Below, in pieces: positions 1-14,200 of a stretch of DNA of 64,000 bases. The DNA comes from Eledone cirrhosa (lineage: Eukaryota), in contig OZ024764.1 of assembly GCA_964016885.1 (NCBI GenBank), positions 14,632,001 to 14,696,000 of the forward strand, read 5' to 3'. Both the position numbers and the translations under genes were made by a program. Under the pieces are notes generated by a model. That model had not been told where the DNA came from. It did no database searches and saw only the letters and a list, made by a program, of their open reading frames with translations. How positions within the stretch are numbered: the stretch's first letter is position 1; each line of letters opens with the position of its first letter.

Positions 1-441
1 ACCATCACTACCATCACCACTACCATCACCACCACCATCACCACCATCACCACCATCACTACCATCACCACCATCACCACCACCACCACTACCATCACCA
101 CCACCACCACTACCATCACCACCACCATCACCACCACCACCACTACCATCACCACCACCATCACTACCATCACCACTACCATCACCACCACCATCACCAC
201 CACCACCACCACCACTACCATCACCACCACCATCACTACCATCACCACTACCATCACCACCACCATCACCACCACCACCACCACCACTACCATCACCATC
301 ACCACCACCATCACTACCACCACCACTACCATCACCACCACCATCACTACCATCACCACTACCATCACCACCACCATCACCACCACCACCACCACCATCA
401 CCACCACCACCACCACCACCACTACCATCACCACCACCACC
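1..441. repeat. (ACC/ATC/ACT)n degenerate trinucleotide microsatellite
   Basis: Visible directly; runs off the window start. Confidence 0.95.
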
Positions 442-1052
442 ATATATAAAACTGAGGATGTCTGTGTGTGTGTGTGTCTGTGAGTTTGAATCCCTAAAAC
501 TCGAGAAGTACCCAACCGAACTTTTTCAAACTTTACATGTGTATTACTTATGTTTAAGGGAGTGTTATGCACATAAAAAATTCAACTTTTTGATCCCCTA
601 GGGCCCGCATTAGGTGAAAAACTGCGTTTTTTTCAGCTTTTTAGGGTTTTTTTGAGGTGTTACGTCAGACCGATTTCCTTGACATTGTAACTATATATTA
701 GTCAGTCTCTTCTTCATACCGTAAGCAAAGAAAATCCAACTTTTTCATGGCCTAGGGCCCGCATTAGGTGAAAAACTTCATTTTTTCAGCTTTTTGGGGC
801 TTTTTTGAAGCATTACGTCTAGCCAATTTTCCCAAAATTTCAAGGCATATTATCCCCTAGGGCCCGCATTAGGTGAAAACCTGCATTTTTTTTGCTTCAT
901 CGAGGAAAATCTTAAACATTATCCAGCCATCAGAGTAGTCGGTTTATTTTCTTTACATATTGTCCAGGCATGCAGTTTTTCCACGATTAGGTCTGTTGGT
1001 GGCCCGCGTTCCAAAATACCTTATCCCGTGCAACGCCGGGTACCACTGCTAG
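442..1052 (+). mobile_element. Non-autonomous Helitron
   Basis: Starts ATATATAAAACTGAGGATGTCTGTGTG. Three internal copies of CCTAGGGCCCGCATTAGGTGAAAA. 3' GC-rich hairpin CCCGTGCAACGCCGGG, then CTAG (1049-1052) followed by T. Confidence 0.75.
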
Positions 1053-1308
1053 TATATATATATATATATATTATATATTATATGTTCCCTTATGTAATTT
1101 ATCTTGTGAATCTATATCTATAATATGTTTAGTGCATTGAACATTGATTATGCTGCAATAGATTAACAGATTGGTACTTAATCATCTTCATTGTGCAGGG
1201 GTGGAGGGGGGCTGACATGCGGGCGAGGGTCCTCCTTGAATGAGGTCACCAAGTTTGTACCCAACAGCCACATCGCTTCACCTCATCTCAATATATATAT
1301 ATATATAT

Positions 1309-1451
1309 ATAGGAACCAGTAAGACCCCGACGGCTGAGCTCAAGCCGTTTCGACGGCTAAATACTGGTTCCTATTACCCACTCTACTACCCCAAGTATTG
1401 AGTACTTTGGTGTGTTATGGTCCACCTGGTTCCTTACCACATTTCCTTCGT

Positions 1452-1452
<1 letters not shown>
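1309..1452. mobile_element. Fragment of a Penelope-like/retrozyme-type element carrying a hammerhead 3' half
   Basis: The minus strand reads GCCGTC-GAAACGGCTTGAGCTCAGCCGTC-GGGGTC. The flank 1375-1452 is the reverse complement of 13953-14035. Confidence 0.55.
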
Positions 1453-1482
<30 letters not shown>

Positions 1483-1499
1483 CACAAAAATTATAACGT

Positions 1500-2015
1500 T
1501 GTTGGTGGTGGTGGTGTTTGTTTTGGTGGTTTTGGTGGTGGTGGTATTGGTGGTTTTGGTGGTGGTAGGTGGTGTGCTGATGGTGGTTTTGGTAGTGGTG
1601 GTGGTGGTGGTGGTGGTTTTGGTGGTGGTAGTGGTGGTGTGGTGTATGGTTGGTGGTGGTTTTGGTGGTGGTAGTGGTGGTGTGGTGGGTAGTGGTGGTG
1701 TGTGGTGTTGGTAGTGTAGTGTGGTGGTGCTGATGGTGTTGGTAGTGGTGGTGTTGGTAGTGGTGGTGGTTTTGGTGGTGGTGGTGTTGATGGTGTGGTG
1801 GGCTGATGGTGTTGGTAGTGGTGGTGTTGGTAGTGGTGGTGGTTTTGGTGGTGGTGGTGTTGATGGTGGTGGTGGTAGTAGTGGTGGTGGTAGTGGTGAT
1901 TGTGGTGGTGGTGGTGGTGGTGTTGATGGTGGTTGTAGTGGTGGTGGTGGTGGTTTTGGTGGTGGTGGTGGTGATGGTGGTAGTGGCGGTGGTGGTGGTG
2001 GTGGTGTTGTTATTG
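1500..2015. repeat. (GGT)n-rich microsatellite
   Basis: Visible directly. Confidence 0.95.
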
Positions 2016-2814
2016 TTACGTGACTTTGTTTTGAAATAGAATTCACTGAATTATCCGTTCCACTAAAGTCTACCATCTTTATTCACTGGACTCTGATCTC
2101 AAAACATGACATATCTTTATCACCGTTATCATTATCATCATCATCATCCTTGACAGTCCTCCCCTCCCTCCCCTTCCATCCTCCCCCACTCCTTCCCTCC
2201 TCCTATTCCTCCGCCCTGCTCTCACCTCCTCCTACCCCCCCCCCACGCCTTTCTCTCACCCTTCCTCATATTATCTCGTCCGAACTTTTGTCCGTAAATT
2301 TACTCAGTCATTCGTCCATATGTACTTATATTGTTTGGTTAATAAGTAAGTAAGTTAATTAGTTAGTTGGTTGACTGAGTTGGTGTGTACGACGAGTTTC
2401 TAGGAGAGAACCAGAATCAATAGCTTAAGATCTTCTTCCGTTGCTGGTTTCGTACGAGAAAACCAGTTAAATTTTAGGACTTTCATCATCGTAGTTTCAT
2501 ACAAGAGAACAAACAATTTAAGACATTCATCTACCGTGACGAAACCATCAAATCCTTACGACCTTCATCATTGTGGATTTGTTGGAGAAAACCATCAACA
2601 TCTGAGGACCTTCATCTACCTTGGTTTCGTACGAGAAAACCAGCTATACCTTAGGATTTACACTACCCTGGTTTCAAACGACAGAACCAGATACACATTG
2701 AGGACTGCACCCATCGTGTTTTTGTACGATAGAACCAACAAACTTAATACCCTGTCTCCAGTGATCACCAGGTGACAATACAGCGCTCATCTTTGTTCAC
2801 ACACAATACAAAAC

Positions 2815-2845
<31 letters not shown>

Positions 2846-3995
2846 ATACACGCACACAGTTGAATTTTTCTGTCGTTAAGAATACAACGATAAGAGATCA
2901 TATTTTATTCCAATTAGTCTCTGTATCTCTCTCTTGCATACATTGGTGAATACCTGACATACAGTTCGCCCCTATTCCCAGACTGCACCGCACCGCCACA
3001 GAGAGGGAGACTAACAAACAGGACTGACAGTTAAATTTCTCTGTCGCTAAACAAGAACGATATATATAACGAGACTATACAGTCTATCTCACAGTAACTG
3101 TTTATATATTCGCGAACGACATTGGATCCACATTTACCACGATTTAAAAGACATTATTGTTCCACACCAGACAAAGACAGTTGACCGTTGGATTTCTCTG
3201 TGGTCGAAAAACAAAGACAAAAGGGGCACTCATTTTTACTCCCTATTCTATCATTGGTAGAAACGTGAAAAAAAAACAAAAAAATAAAAAAATATATAAT
3301 TTAAAGCTCGATCTATCCAACATCGTACCTTTTGTCTCCATTGTCCCACCCAAACAGGAAAAGACAGGACTGTCAGTTAAAAATTGTCATTAATAAGGAA
3401 AGAAAACGAAAATTAAAAACCAAAAAAAGTCAGGTAAATTTATTTTTTATTCTAGAATTCGTAGATTTCTAAAGGACCAAATTAAAATATACATTTTCCT
3501 GCCATCCACTTCACAGTTTGTGTTTATGATTATCACACCAAATGAACGAACTAACAACAAACAGATCTGCAAGTTAAATTGTTTGTCTGAAGTCAAAAGG
3601 AGAAAGAAGGAAAACGATAAAATATTAAGGCATAAATAGATCTTATTCGAAAAATTCACCCGTTTATATCTATATCTATATATCTATATATATATTCCAG
3701 GGAAACGAAGGGCAGGACTTAAGATTAACGTTCAGTATCATACAATACACGTTTTGTTTTACACCCACACCACAAGACACACAGATTAAGCCCTCATTTA
3801 TATTTTTTCTGTCGCCGATGAAAGGGCAAAGATATATACAAAAATAGTACCCTTCTTATCCCAAACTTTGCTCGCCTGTCCCTTAATTCGTTCATACGTT
3901 TAAAGAACCCTCCCCCCATCAAAAATTAAAAAAAATAAATAAAAATTCGTCATACGAGAGAGAAAAAATTTCAGATTTAATAAAAAAAACGAACG

Positions 3996-4572
3996 ATGAA
4001 TTCTCAAGGCGCCATTTTGTTTTTACACATGCTTTTTGTTGTTGGTGGTATTGCTCCAGTGGTTGTCTCTGAATCGAGAGAACCATCGGAAGTACCGATG
4101 AATTATTGGACAATGTTGTCCATCGCAGCCCAACGTTACAACCAATTGCGGGGGAACGGTTCGCTGGATAAATGGAAATATCAGAAGTACAGTTACCCGG
4201 GTATTGAACCCTACACTGAAGAAGAAGAAGAAGAAGAAGAAGACAACAACGATAACCTTAACACCTACACCTACAGCAACATTATCACCAACAGTAACAG
4301 CACTAACATCACCAGTAACAGCACTAACATCAACCATAACAGCACTAACAACAACAGTAACAGCACTAACATCAACCATAACAGCACTAACAACAACAGT
4401 AACAGCACTAACAACGAGTACAAGCCAAGCGACATCATTAGAAGAGCTGAACGTTTGCTGTCTGAGGGGGTTTGTGCCAAGGTGGCGGCCATGAACGTCT
4501 CCGAAAAATGCTGTTTTGATATGGAAGTAATTCTGTCGTCCCTGCTTCTACAAGAGACGTGGGCATTACAGA
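3996..4572 (+). CDS. nrf-6: NRF-6-like exon 1 (signal peptide, poly-Glu, Asn/Ser/Thr repeat, start of NRF domain)
   Basis: Hydrophobic N-terminus [25 protein letters not shown]. Ends ...ETWALQ A|GTAAGT, phase 1. Confidence 0.88.
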
Positions 4573-7500
4573 GTAAGTATGGCGAGATTTCTGTTTTGTG
4601 TTACCACCAACACCGCACCACCACTGTCTTACACCACCAACACTACACCACCACTGTCTTACACCACCAACACCACACCACCACTGTCTTACACCACCAA
4701 CACCACACCACCACTGTCTTACACCACCAACACCACACCACCACTGTCTTACACCACACCACCACTGTCTTACACCACCAACACCACACCACCACTGTCT
4801 TACACCACCAACACCACACCACCACTGTCTTACACCACCAACACCACACCACCAACACTACACCACCACTGTCTTACACCACCAACACTACACCACCACT
4901 GTCTTACACCACCAACACCACACCACCACTGTCTTACACCACCAACACCACACCACCACTGTCTTACACCAGCAACACCGCACCACCACTGTCTTACACC
5001 ACCAACACCACACCACCAACACTACACCACCACTGTCTTACACCACCAACACTACACCACCACTGTCTTACACCACCAACACCACACCACCAACACCGCA
5101 CCACCACTGTCTTACACCACCAACACTACACCACCACTGTCTTACACCACCAACACCACACCACCAACACTACACCACCACTGTCTTACACCACCAACAC
5201 CGCACCACAACTGTCTTACACCACCAACACCACACCACCACTGTCTTACACCACCAACACCACACCACCAACACCACACCACCACTGTCTTACACCACCA
5301 ACACCACACCACCACTGTCTTACACCACCAACACCACACCACCAACACTACACCACCACTGTCTTACACCACCAACACCACACCACCACTGTCTTACACC
5401 ACCAACACCACACCACCACTGTCTTACACCACCAACACCACACCACCAACACTACACCACCACTGTCTTACACCACCAACACCACACCACCACTGTCTTA
5501 CACCACCAACACCACACCACCAACACCACACCACCACTGTCTTACACCACCAACACCACACCACCACTGTCTTACACCACCAACACCACACCACCACTGT
5601 CTTACACCACCAACACCACACCACCAACACCACACCACCACTGTCTTACACCACCAACACCACACCACCACTGTCTTACACCACCAACACCACACCACCA
5701 ACACCACACCACCACTGTCTTACACCACCAACACCACACCACCAACACTACACCACCACTGTCTTACACCACCAACACCACACCACCACTGTCTTACCCC
5801 ACCAACACTACACCACCACTGTCTTACACCACCAACACCACACCACCACTGTCTTACACCACACCACCACTGTCTTACACCACCAACACTACACCACCAC
5901 TGTCTTACACCACCAACACCACACCACCACTGTCTTACACCACCAACACCACACCACCAACACTACACCACCACTGTCTTACACCACCAACACCACACCA
6001 CCACTGTCTTACACCACCAACACCACACCACCACTGTCTTACACCACCAACACCACACCACCAACACTACACCACCACTGTCTTACACCACCAACACCAC
6101 ACCACCACTGTCTTACACCACCAACACCACACCACCAACACTACACCACCACTGTCTTACACCACCAACACCACACCACCACTGTCTTACACCACCAACA
6201 CTATACCACCACTGTCTTACACCACCAACACCACACCACCAACACTACACCACCACCAACACCACACCACCAACACTACACCACCACTGTCTTACACCAC
6301 CAACACTATACCACCACTGTCTTACACCACCAACACCACACCACCAACACCACACCACCAACACTACACCACCACTGTCTTACACCACCAACACTACACC
6401 ACCACCAACACCACACCACCACTGTCTTACACCACCAACACCACACCACCACTGTCTTACACCACCAACACCACACCACCACTGTCTTACACCACCAACA
6501 CCACACCACCAACACTACACCACCACTGTCTTACACCACCACCACTACACCACCACTGTCTTACACCACCAACACCACACCACCAACACTACACCACCAC
6601 TGTCTTACACCACCAACACCACACCACCACTGTCTTACACCACCAACACCACACCACCAACACTACACCACCACTGTCTTACACCACCAACACCACACCA
6701 CCACTGTCTTACACCACCAACACCACACCACCAACACTACACCACCACTGTCTTACACCACCAACACCACACCACCACTGTCTTACACCACCAACACTAC
6801 ACCACCACCAACACTACACCACCACTGTCTTACACCACCAACACTACACCACCACTGTCTTACACCACCAACACCACACCACCACTGTCTTACACCACCA
6901 ACACCACACCACCACTGTCTTACACCACCAACACTACACCACCACCAACACTACACCACCACTGTCTTACACCACCAACACTACACCACCACCAACACCA
7001 CACCACCACTGTCTTACACCACACCACCACTGTCTTACACCACCAACACTACACCACCACTGTCTTACACCACCAACACTACACCACAACTGTCTTACAC
7101 CACCAACACCACACCACCACTGTCTTACACCACCAACACTACACCACCACTGTCTTACACCACACCACCACTGTCTTACACCACCAACACTACACCACCA
7201 CTGTCTTACACCACCAACACTACACCACCACTGTCTTACACCACCAATACCACACCACCACTGTCTTACACCACCAACACTACACCACCAACACTACACC
7301 ACCACTGTCTTACACCACCAACACCACACCACCACCAACACCACACCACCACTGTCTGACACCACCAACACTACACCACCACTGTCTTACACCACCAACA
7401 CTACACCACCAACACTACACCACCACTGTCTTACACCACCAACACCACACCACCACTGTCTTACACCACCAACACTACACCACCACCAACACTACACCAC

Positions 7501-10500
7501 CACTGTCTTACACCACCAACACTACACCACCACTGTCTTACACCACCAACACTACACCACCACCAACACCACACCACCACTGTCTTACACCACACCACCA
7601 CTGTCTTACACCACCAACACTACACCACCACTGTCTTACACCACCAACACTACACCACAACTGTCTTACACCACCAACACCACACCACCACTGTCTTACA
7701 CCACCAACACTACACCACCACTGTCTTACACCACCAACACTACACCACCACTGTCTTACACCACCAACACCACACCACCACTGTCTTACACCACCAACAC
7801 TACACCACCAACACTACACCACCACTGTCTTACACCACCAACACCACACCACCACCAACACCACACCACCACTGTCTGACACCACCAACACTACACCACC
7901 ACTGTCTTACACCACCAACACTACACCACCAACACTACACCACCACTGTCTTACACCACCAACACCACACCACCACTGTCTTACACCACCAACACTACAC
8001 CACCACCAACACTACACCACCACTGTCTTACACCACCAACACTACACCACCACCAACACCACACCACCACTGTCTTACACCACCAACACTACACCACCAC
8101 CAACACTACACCACCACTGTCTTACACCACCAACACTACACCACCACCAACACCACACCACCACTGTCTTACACCACACCACCACTGTCTTACACCACCA
8201 ACACTACACCACCACTGTCTTACACCACCAACACTACACCACAACTGTCTTACACCACCAACACCACACCACCACTGTCTTACACCACCAACACTACACC
8301 ACCACTGTCTTACACCACCAACACCACACCACCACTGTCTTACACCACCAACACTACACCACCACTGTCTTACACCACCAACACTACACCACCACTGTCT
8401 TACACCACCAACACCACACCACCACTGTCTTACACCACCAACACTACACCACCAACACTACACCACCACTGTCTTACACCACCAACACCACACCACCACC
8501 AACACCACACCACCACTGTCTGACACCACCAACACTACACCACCACTGTCTTACACCACCAACACTACACCACCAACACTACACCACCACTGTCTTACAC
8601 CACCAACACCACACCACCACTGTCTTACACCACCAACACTACACCACCACTGTCTTACACCACCAACACCACACCACCACTGTCTTACACCACCACACCA
8701 CCACTGTCTTACACCACCAACACCACACCACCACTGTCTTACACCACCACACCACCACTGTCTTACACCACCAACACCACACCACCACTGTCTTACACCA
8801 CCACACCACCACTGTCTTACCCCACCAACACCACACCACCACTGTCTTACACCACCAACACCACACCACCACTGTCTTACACCACCAACACCACACCACC
8901 ACCAACACCACACCACCACTGTCTTATACCACCAACACTACACCACCACTGTCTTACACCACCAACACTACACCACCACCAACACCACACCACCACTGTC
9001 TTACACCACCAACACTACACCACCACTGTCTTACACCACCAACACTACACCACCACCAACACCACACCACCACTGTCTTACACCACCAACACTACACCAC
9101 CACTGTCTTACACCACCACCACTACACCACCACTGTCTTACACCACCAACACTGTCTTACACCACCAACACCACACCACCACTGTCTTACACCACCAACA
9201 CTACACCACCACTGTCTTACACCAGCAACACTACACCACCACTGTCTTACACCACCAACACTACACCACCACTGTCTTACACCAACAACACTACACCACC
9301 ACTGTCTTACACCACCAACACTACACCACCACTGTCTTACACCACCAACACTACACCACCACTGTCTTACATCACCAACACCACACCACCACTATCACCT
9401 ACACCACCAACATCACCACACTACTGTCTACATCAACACCACCACATCACCATCAACACCACACCACCACTACATCAACACCACACCACACCACCAACAT
9501 CACACCACTGTCTACACCACCACCACTGTCTACACCACCAACACCACATCACTGGCTACATCACCACCACTGTCTACACCACGATAACCACTCCACTACC
9601 TACACCACCACCACTACCTACACCACCAACACCACACCACTACCTACACCACCAACACCACCACACCACTGTCTACACCACCAACACCACACCACTGGCT
9701 ACATCACCACTACTACACCAACACCACACCACTATCTACACCACCACCACACCACTATCTACACCACCACCACACCACTATCTACACCACTTTCTACACT
9801 ACCACCACACCACCACCACTACACCACTGTCTACACCACCACCACCACTACACCACTGTCTACACCACTGTCTACACCACCACTACCACCACAATAGCAT
9901 CAATACCACTACACCAACACCACCTCCACTACCACACATTATAGCTATTGTTTGGCCCCAGTGTACCAAGGACTACATTATCTAATGTGTCCTGTCTTAT
10001 ATACAGACACAGTGTATCTAGGACTACATTATCTAATGTGTCCTGTCTTATATACAGACACAGTCTACCTAGGACTACACTATCTAATGTGTCCTGTCTT
10101 ATATACAGACACAGTATATCTAGGACTACATTATCTAATGTGTCCTGTCTTGTATACAGACACAGTGTATCTAGGACTACATTATCTAATGTGTCCTGTC
10201 TTGTATACAGACACAGTGTATCTAGGACTACATTATCTAATGTGTCCTGTCTTATATACAGACACAGTATATCTAGGACTACACTATCTAATGTGTCCTG
10301 TCTTATATACATACACAGTATATCTAGGACTACATTATCTAATGTGTCCTGTCTTATATACATACACAGTATATCTAGGACTACATTATCTAATGTGTCC
10401 TGTCTTGTATACAGACACAGTGTATCTAGGACTACATTATCTAATGTGTCCTGTCTTCACCTCACTTCACCTCACCTCACCTCACCTCACCTCACTTCAC

Positions 10501-12677
10501 CTCACTTCACCTCACTTCACCTCACCTCACTTCACCTCACCTCACCTCACTTCACCTCACCTCACTTCACCTCACCTCACCTCACTTCACCTCACTTCAC
10601 CTCACCTCACTTCACCTCACTTCACCTCACCTCACCTCACCTCACTTCACCTCACCTCACCTCACCTCACCTCACCTCACTTCACCTCACCTCACCTCAC
10701 TTCACCTCACCTCACCTCACTTCACCTCACTTCACCTCACCTCACCTTACCTCACCTCACTTCACCTCACTTCACCTCACCTCACCTCACCTCACCTCAC
10801 CTTACCTCACCTCACCTCACTTCACCTCACCTCACCTCACCTCACCTCACTTCACCTCACCTCACTTCACCTCACCTCACCTCACCTCACCTCACCTCAC
10901 TTCACCTCACCTCACCTTACCTCACCTCACCTTACCTCACCTCACCTCACCTCACCTTACCTCACCTCACCTCACCTTACCTCACCTCACCTCACCTCAC
11001 CTCACCTCACTTCACCTCATCTCACCTCACTTCACCTCACCCCACCTCACCTCACCTCACCTTACCTCACCTCACCTCACCTCACCTCACCTCACCTCAC
11101 CTCACCTCACCTCACCCCACCTCACCTCACCTTACCTCACCTCACCTCACCTCACTTCACCTCACCTCACCTCACCTCACCTCACCTCACCTCACCTCAC
11201 CTCACCTCACCTCACCTCACCTCACCTCACCTCACTTCACCTCACCTCACCTCACTTCATCTCACCTCACTTCACCTCACCTCACCTCACCTCACCTCAC
11301 CTCACCTCACCTCACCTCACCTCTCTTCTTCTTTTCCAGTGGTAGACTCCTATGGCAAGATACCAAGTGGACTTATGCTGGGAGATTACAACTCACCAGG
11401 ATCTTACGATGAGTGTAAGGCCATTAAGGTTGAGGTCCCTAACAACCTTACAGGGAACACGACTCCTTTCACAACCCAGTATTGTTCACTCATTATCCCT
11501 AACCCGAAATTAGCGCAAATGGTAAGATTTTTTCCTGTTTTGTTTTATATTTTTAAGGATGAGGGGTGACATTTTTCATATATATTTTTAGGGTGAGGGG
11601 TGACATTTTTCATATATATTTTTAGGGTGAGGGGTGACATTTTTCATATATATTTTTAGGGTGAGGGGTGACATTTTTCATATATATTTTTAGGGTGAGG
11701 GGTGACATTTTTCATATATATTTTAAGGATGAGGGGTGACATTTTTCATATATATTTTTAGGGTGAGGGGTGACATTTTTCATATATATTTTTAGGGTGA
11801 GGGGTGACATTTTTCATATATATTTTTAGGGTGAGGGGTGACATTTTTCATATATATTTTTAGGGTGAGGGGTGACATTTTTCATATATATTTTTAGGGT
11901 GAGGGGTGACATTTTTCATATATATTTTTAGGGTGAGGGGTGACATTTTTCATATATATTTTTAGGGTGAGGGGTGACATTTTTCATATATATTTTTAGG
12001 GTGAGGGGTGACATTTTTCATATATATTTTTAGGGTGAGGGGTGACATTTTTCATATATATTTTTAGGGTGAGGGGTGACATTTTTCATATATATTTTTA
12101 GGGTGAGGGGTGACATTTTTCATATATATTTTTAGGGTGAGGGGTGACATTTTTCATATATATTTTTAGGGTGAGCGGTGACATTTTTCATATATATTTT
12201 TAGGGTGAGGGGTGACATTTTTCATATATATTTTTAGGGTGAGGGGTGACATTTTTCATATATATTTTTAGGGTGAGGGGTGACATTTTTCATATATATT
12301 TTTAGGGTGAGGGGTGACATTTTTCATATATATTTTTAGGGTGAGGGGTGACATTTTTCATATATATTTTTAGGGTGAGGGGTGACATTTTTCATATATA
12401 TTTTTAGGGTGAGGGGTGACATTTTTCATATATATTTTTAGGGTGAGGGGTGACATTTTTCATATATATTTTTAGGGTGAGGGGTGACATTTTTCATATA
12501 TATTTTTAGGGTGAGGGGTGACAGGGGTTCATATATATATATATGAGGTTGGTGTTAGGAAGGGCATCCAGCTGTAGAAATCAAGCCTAAATCAGTTCCC
12601 GTCCCACCCTTGCAAGCAGGGAAAAAGCGGACGTAAAATGAAATGATGATGATGATGATATATATATATATATATCC

Positions 12678-12736
<59 letters not shown>

Positions 12737-13002
12737 AAGAGTGACGAGTAACATGGTTGGCTGTACAATAAGGGGTTTTCTTTCAAGTATATATATATAT
12801 ATATATATATATCCATACAGGGAGCTTCCAACTGTAATGGTCGCATTCTTTAAGGGTATGTCAATATTTATTTATAAAACTGCTCTATATTATATTTTAT
12901 CTGATGAAAGCACACCATAATTTAACTTGGTGTCCTTGAAATATGTATAATGAAATAAATATGGTTTTATAAATATAGTTTCCATTTGTTAATATCGTAT
13001 AT

Positions 13003-13065
<63 letters not shown>

Positions 13066-13832
13066 AACGAGTAGGACCCGACGGCTGAGCTCAAGCCATT
13101 TCGACGGCTAATTCTGGACCAATTCTGGTTTTATAAATATAGTTTCCATTTGTTAATATATCGTATTTTTACTCCAATAATTTGTTGAGTGCTTTATATC
13201 AGTTATAAAAATATTTGCTTGTTGTATCCCAACAATTTAAATAGAACTTCTACATATATATATATATAGGTAGAAGTTAATATGTCCAGGGATACTAGGT
13301 ACCCCTAGAAATACATAGGTTGTCTATGATTCAGGGTTGTTCAATGGTGTTAATTTGATACACCAGAACTTTAATATTAAGATAAGCAGAACAAGTAAAA
13401 TTCAATCAATTTTTCAAAATACATTAAAAAATATAATATAAATATTTACCTCTTCTAGTGGCCCTTACTGATCAGTTTCGCTTTGTAAAACCTCATAAAT
13501 CCGATGGATTTATGATGGAAAACCAAAGCTCATCAGAGAAGCATTTTCCCTTCCTAGGGCTAAACGTCCCAGGAACGACAAAATATACAACCTCCTGCCA
13601 GCTAATAAAGGTCTGAAAGGTCGTAAAAGTGACCCGTATGTAAACTGGACCGAAGTAAAAGCGGGAAAATGCTTCTCTGATGAGCTTTGGTTTTCCATCA
13701 TAAATCCATCGGATTTATGAGGTTTTACAAAGCGAAACTGATCAGTAAGGGCCACTAGAAGAGGTAAATATTTATATTATATTTTTTAATGTATTTTGAA
13801 AAATTGATTGAATTTTACTTGTTCTGCTTATC

Positions 13833-13889
<57 letters not shown>

Positions 13890-13894
13890 ATCTA

Positions 13895-13932
<38 letters not shown>

Positions 13933-14155
13933 GATACACATATATATATATAACACGAAGGAAATGTGGTAAGGAACCAGGTGGACCATAACGCACCAAA
14001 GGACTCAATACTTAGGGTAGTAGAGTGGGTAATAGGAACGAGTAGGACCCCGACGACTGAGCTCAAGCCGTTTCGACGGCTAATTCTGGACCAATTCTGT
14101 CCAGAATTAGCCGTCAAAACGGCTTGAGCTCAACCGTCGGGGTCCTACTCGTTCC

Positions 14156-14200
<45 letters not shown>

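Noticed and set aside
1357-2076. Pro/Thr- or Gly/Val-rich ORFs (also 25360-26594, 27035-27782, 55630-57636)
   Set aside because: They are translations of simple repeats.
3996-9587. 1863-aa ORF suggesting a secreted His/Thr/Pro-rich protein
   Set aside because: Only 3996-4572 is coding. A consensus donor at 4573 splices in frame to exon 2, and the rest is a CA-rich minisatellite nearly stop-free in all three + frames. Intron-retention read-through cannot be excluded without RNA data.
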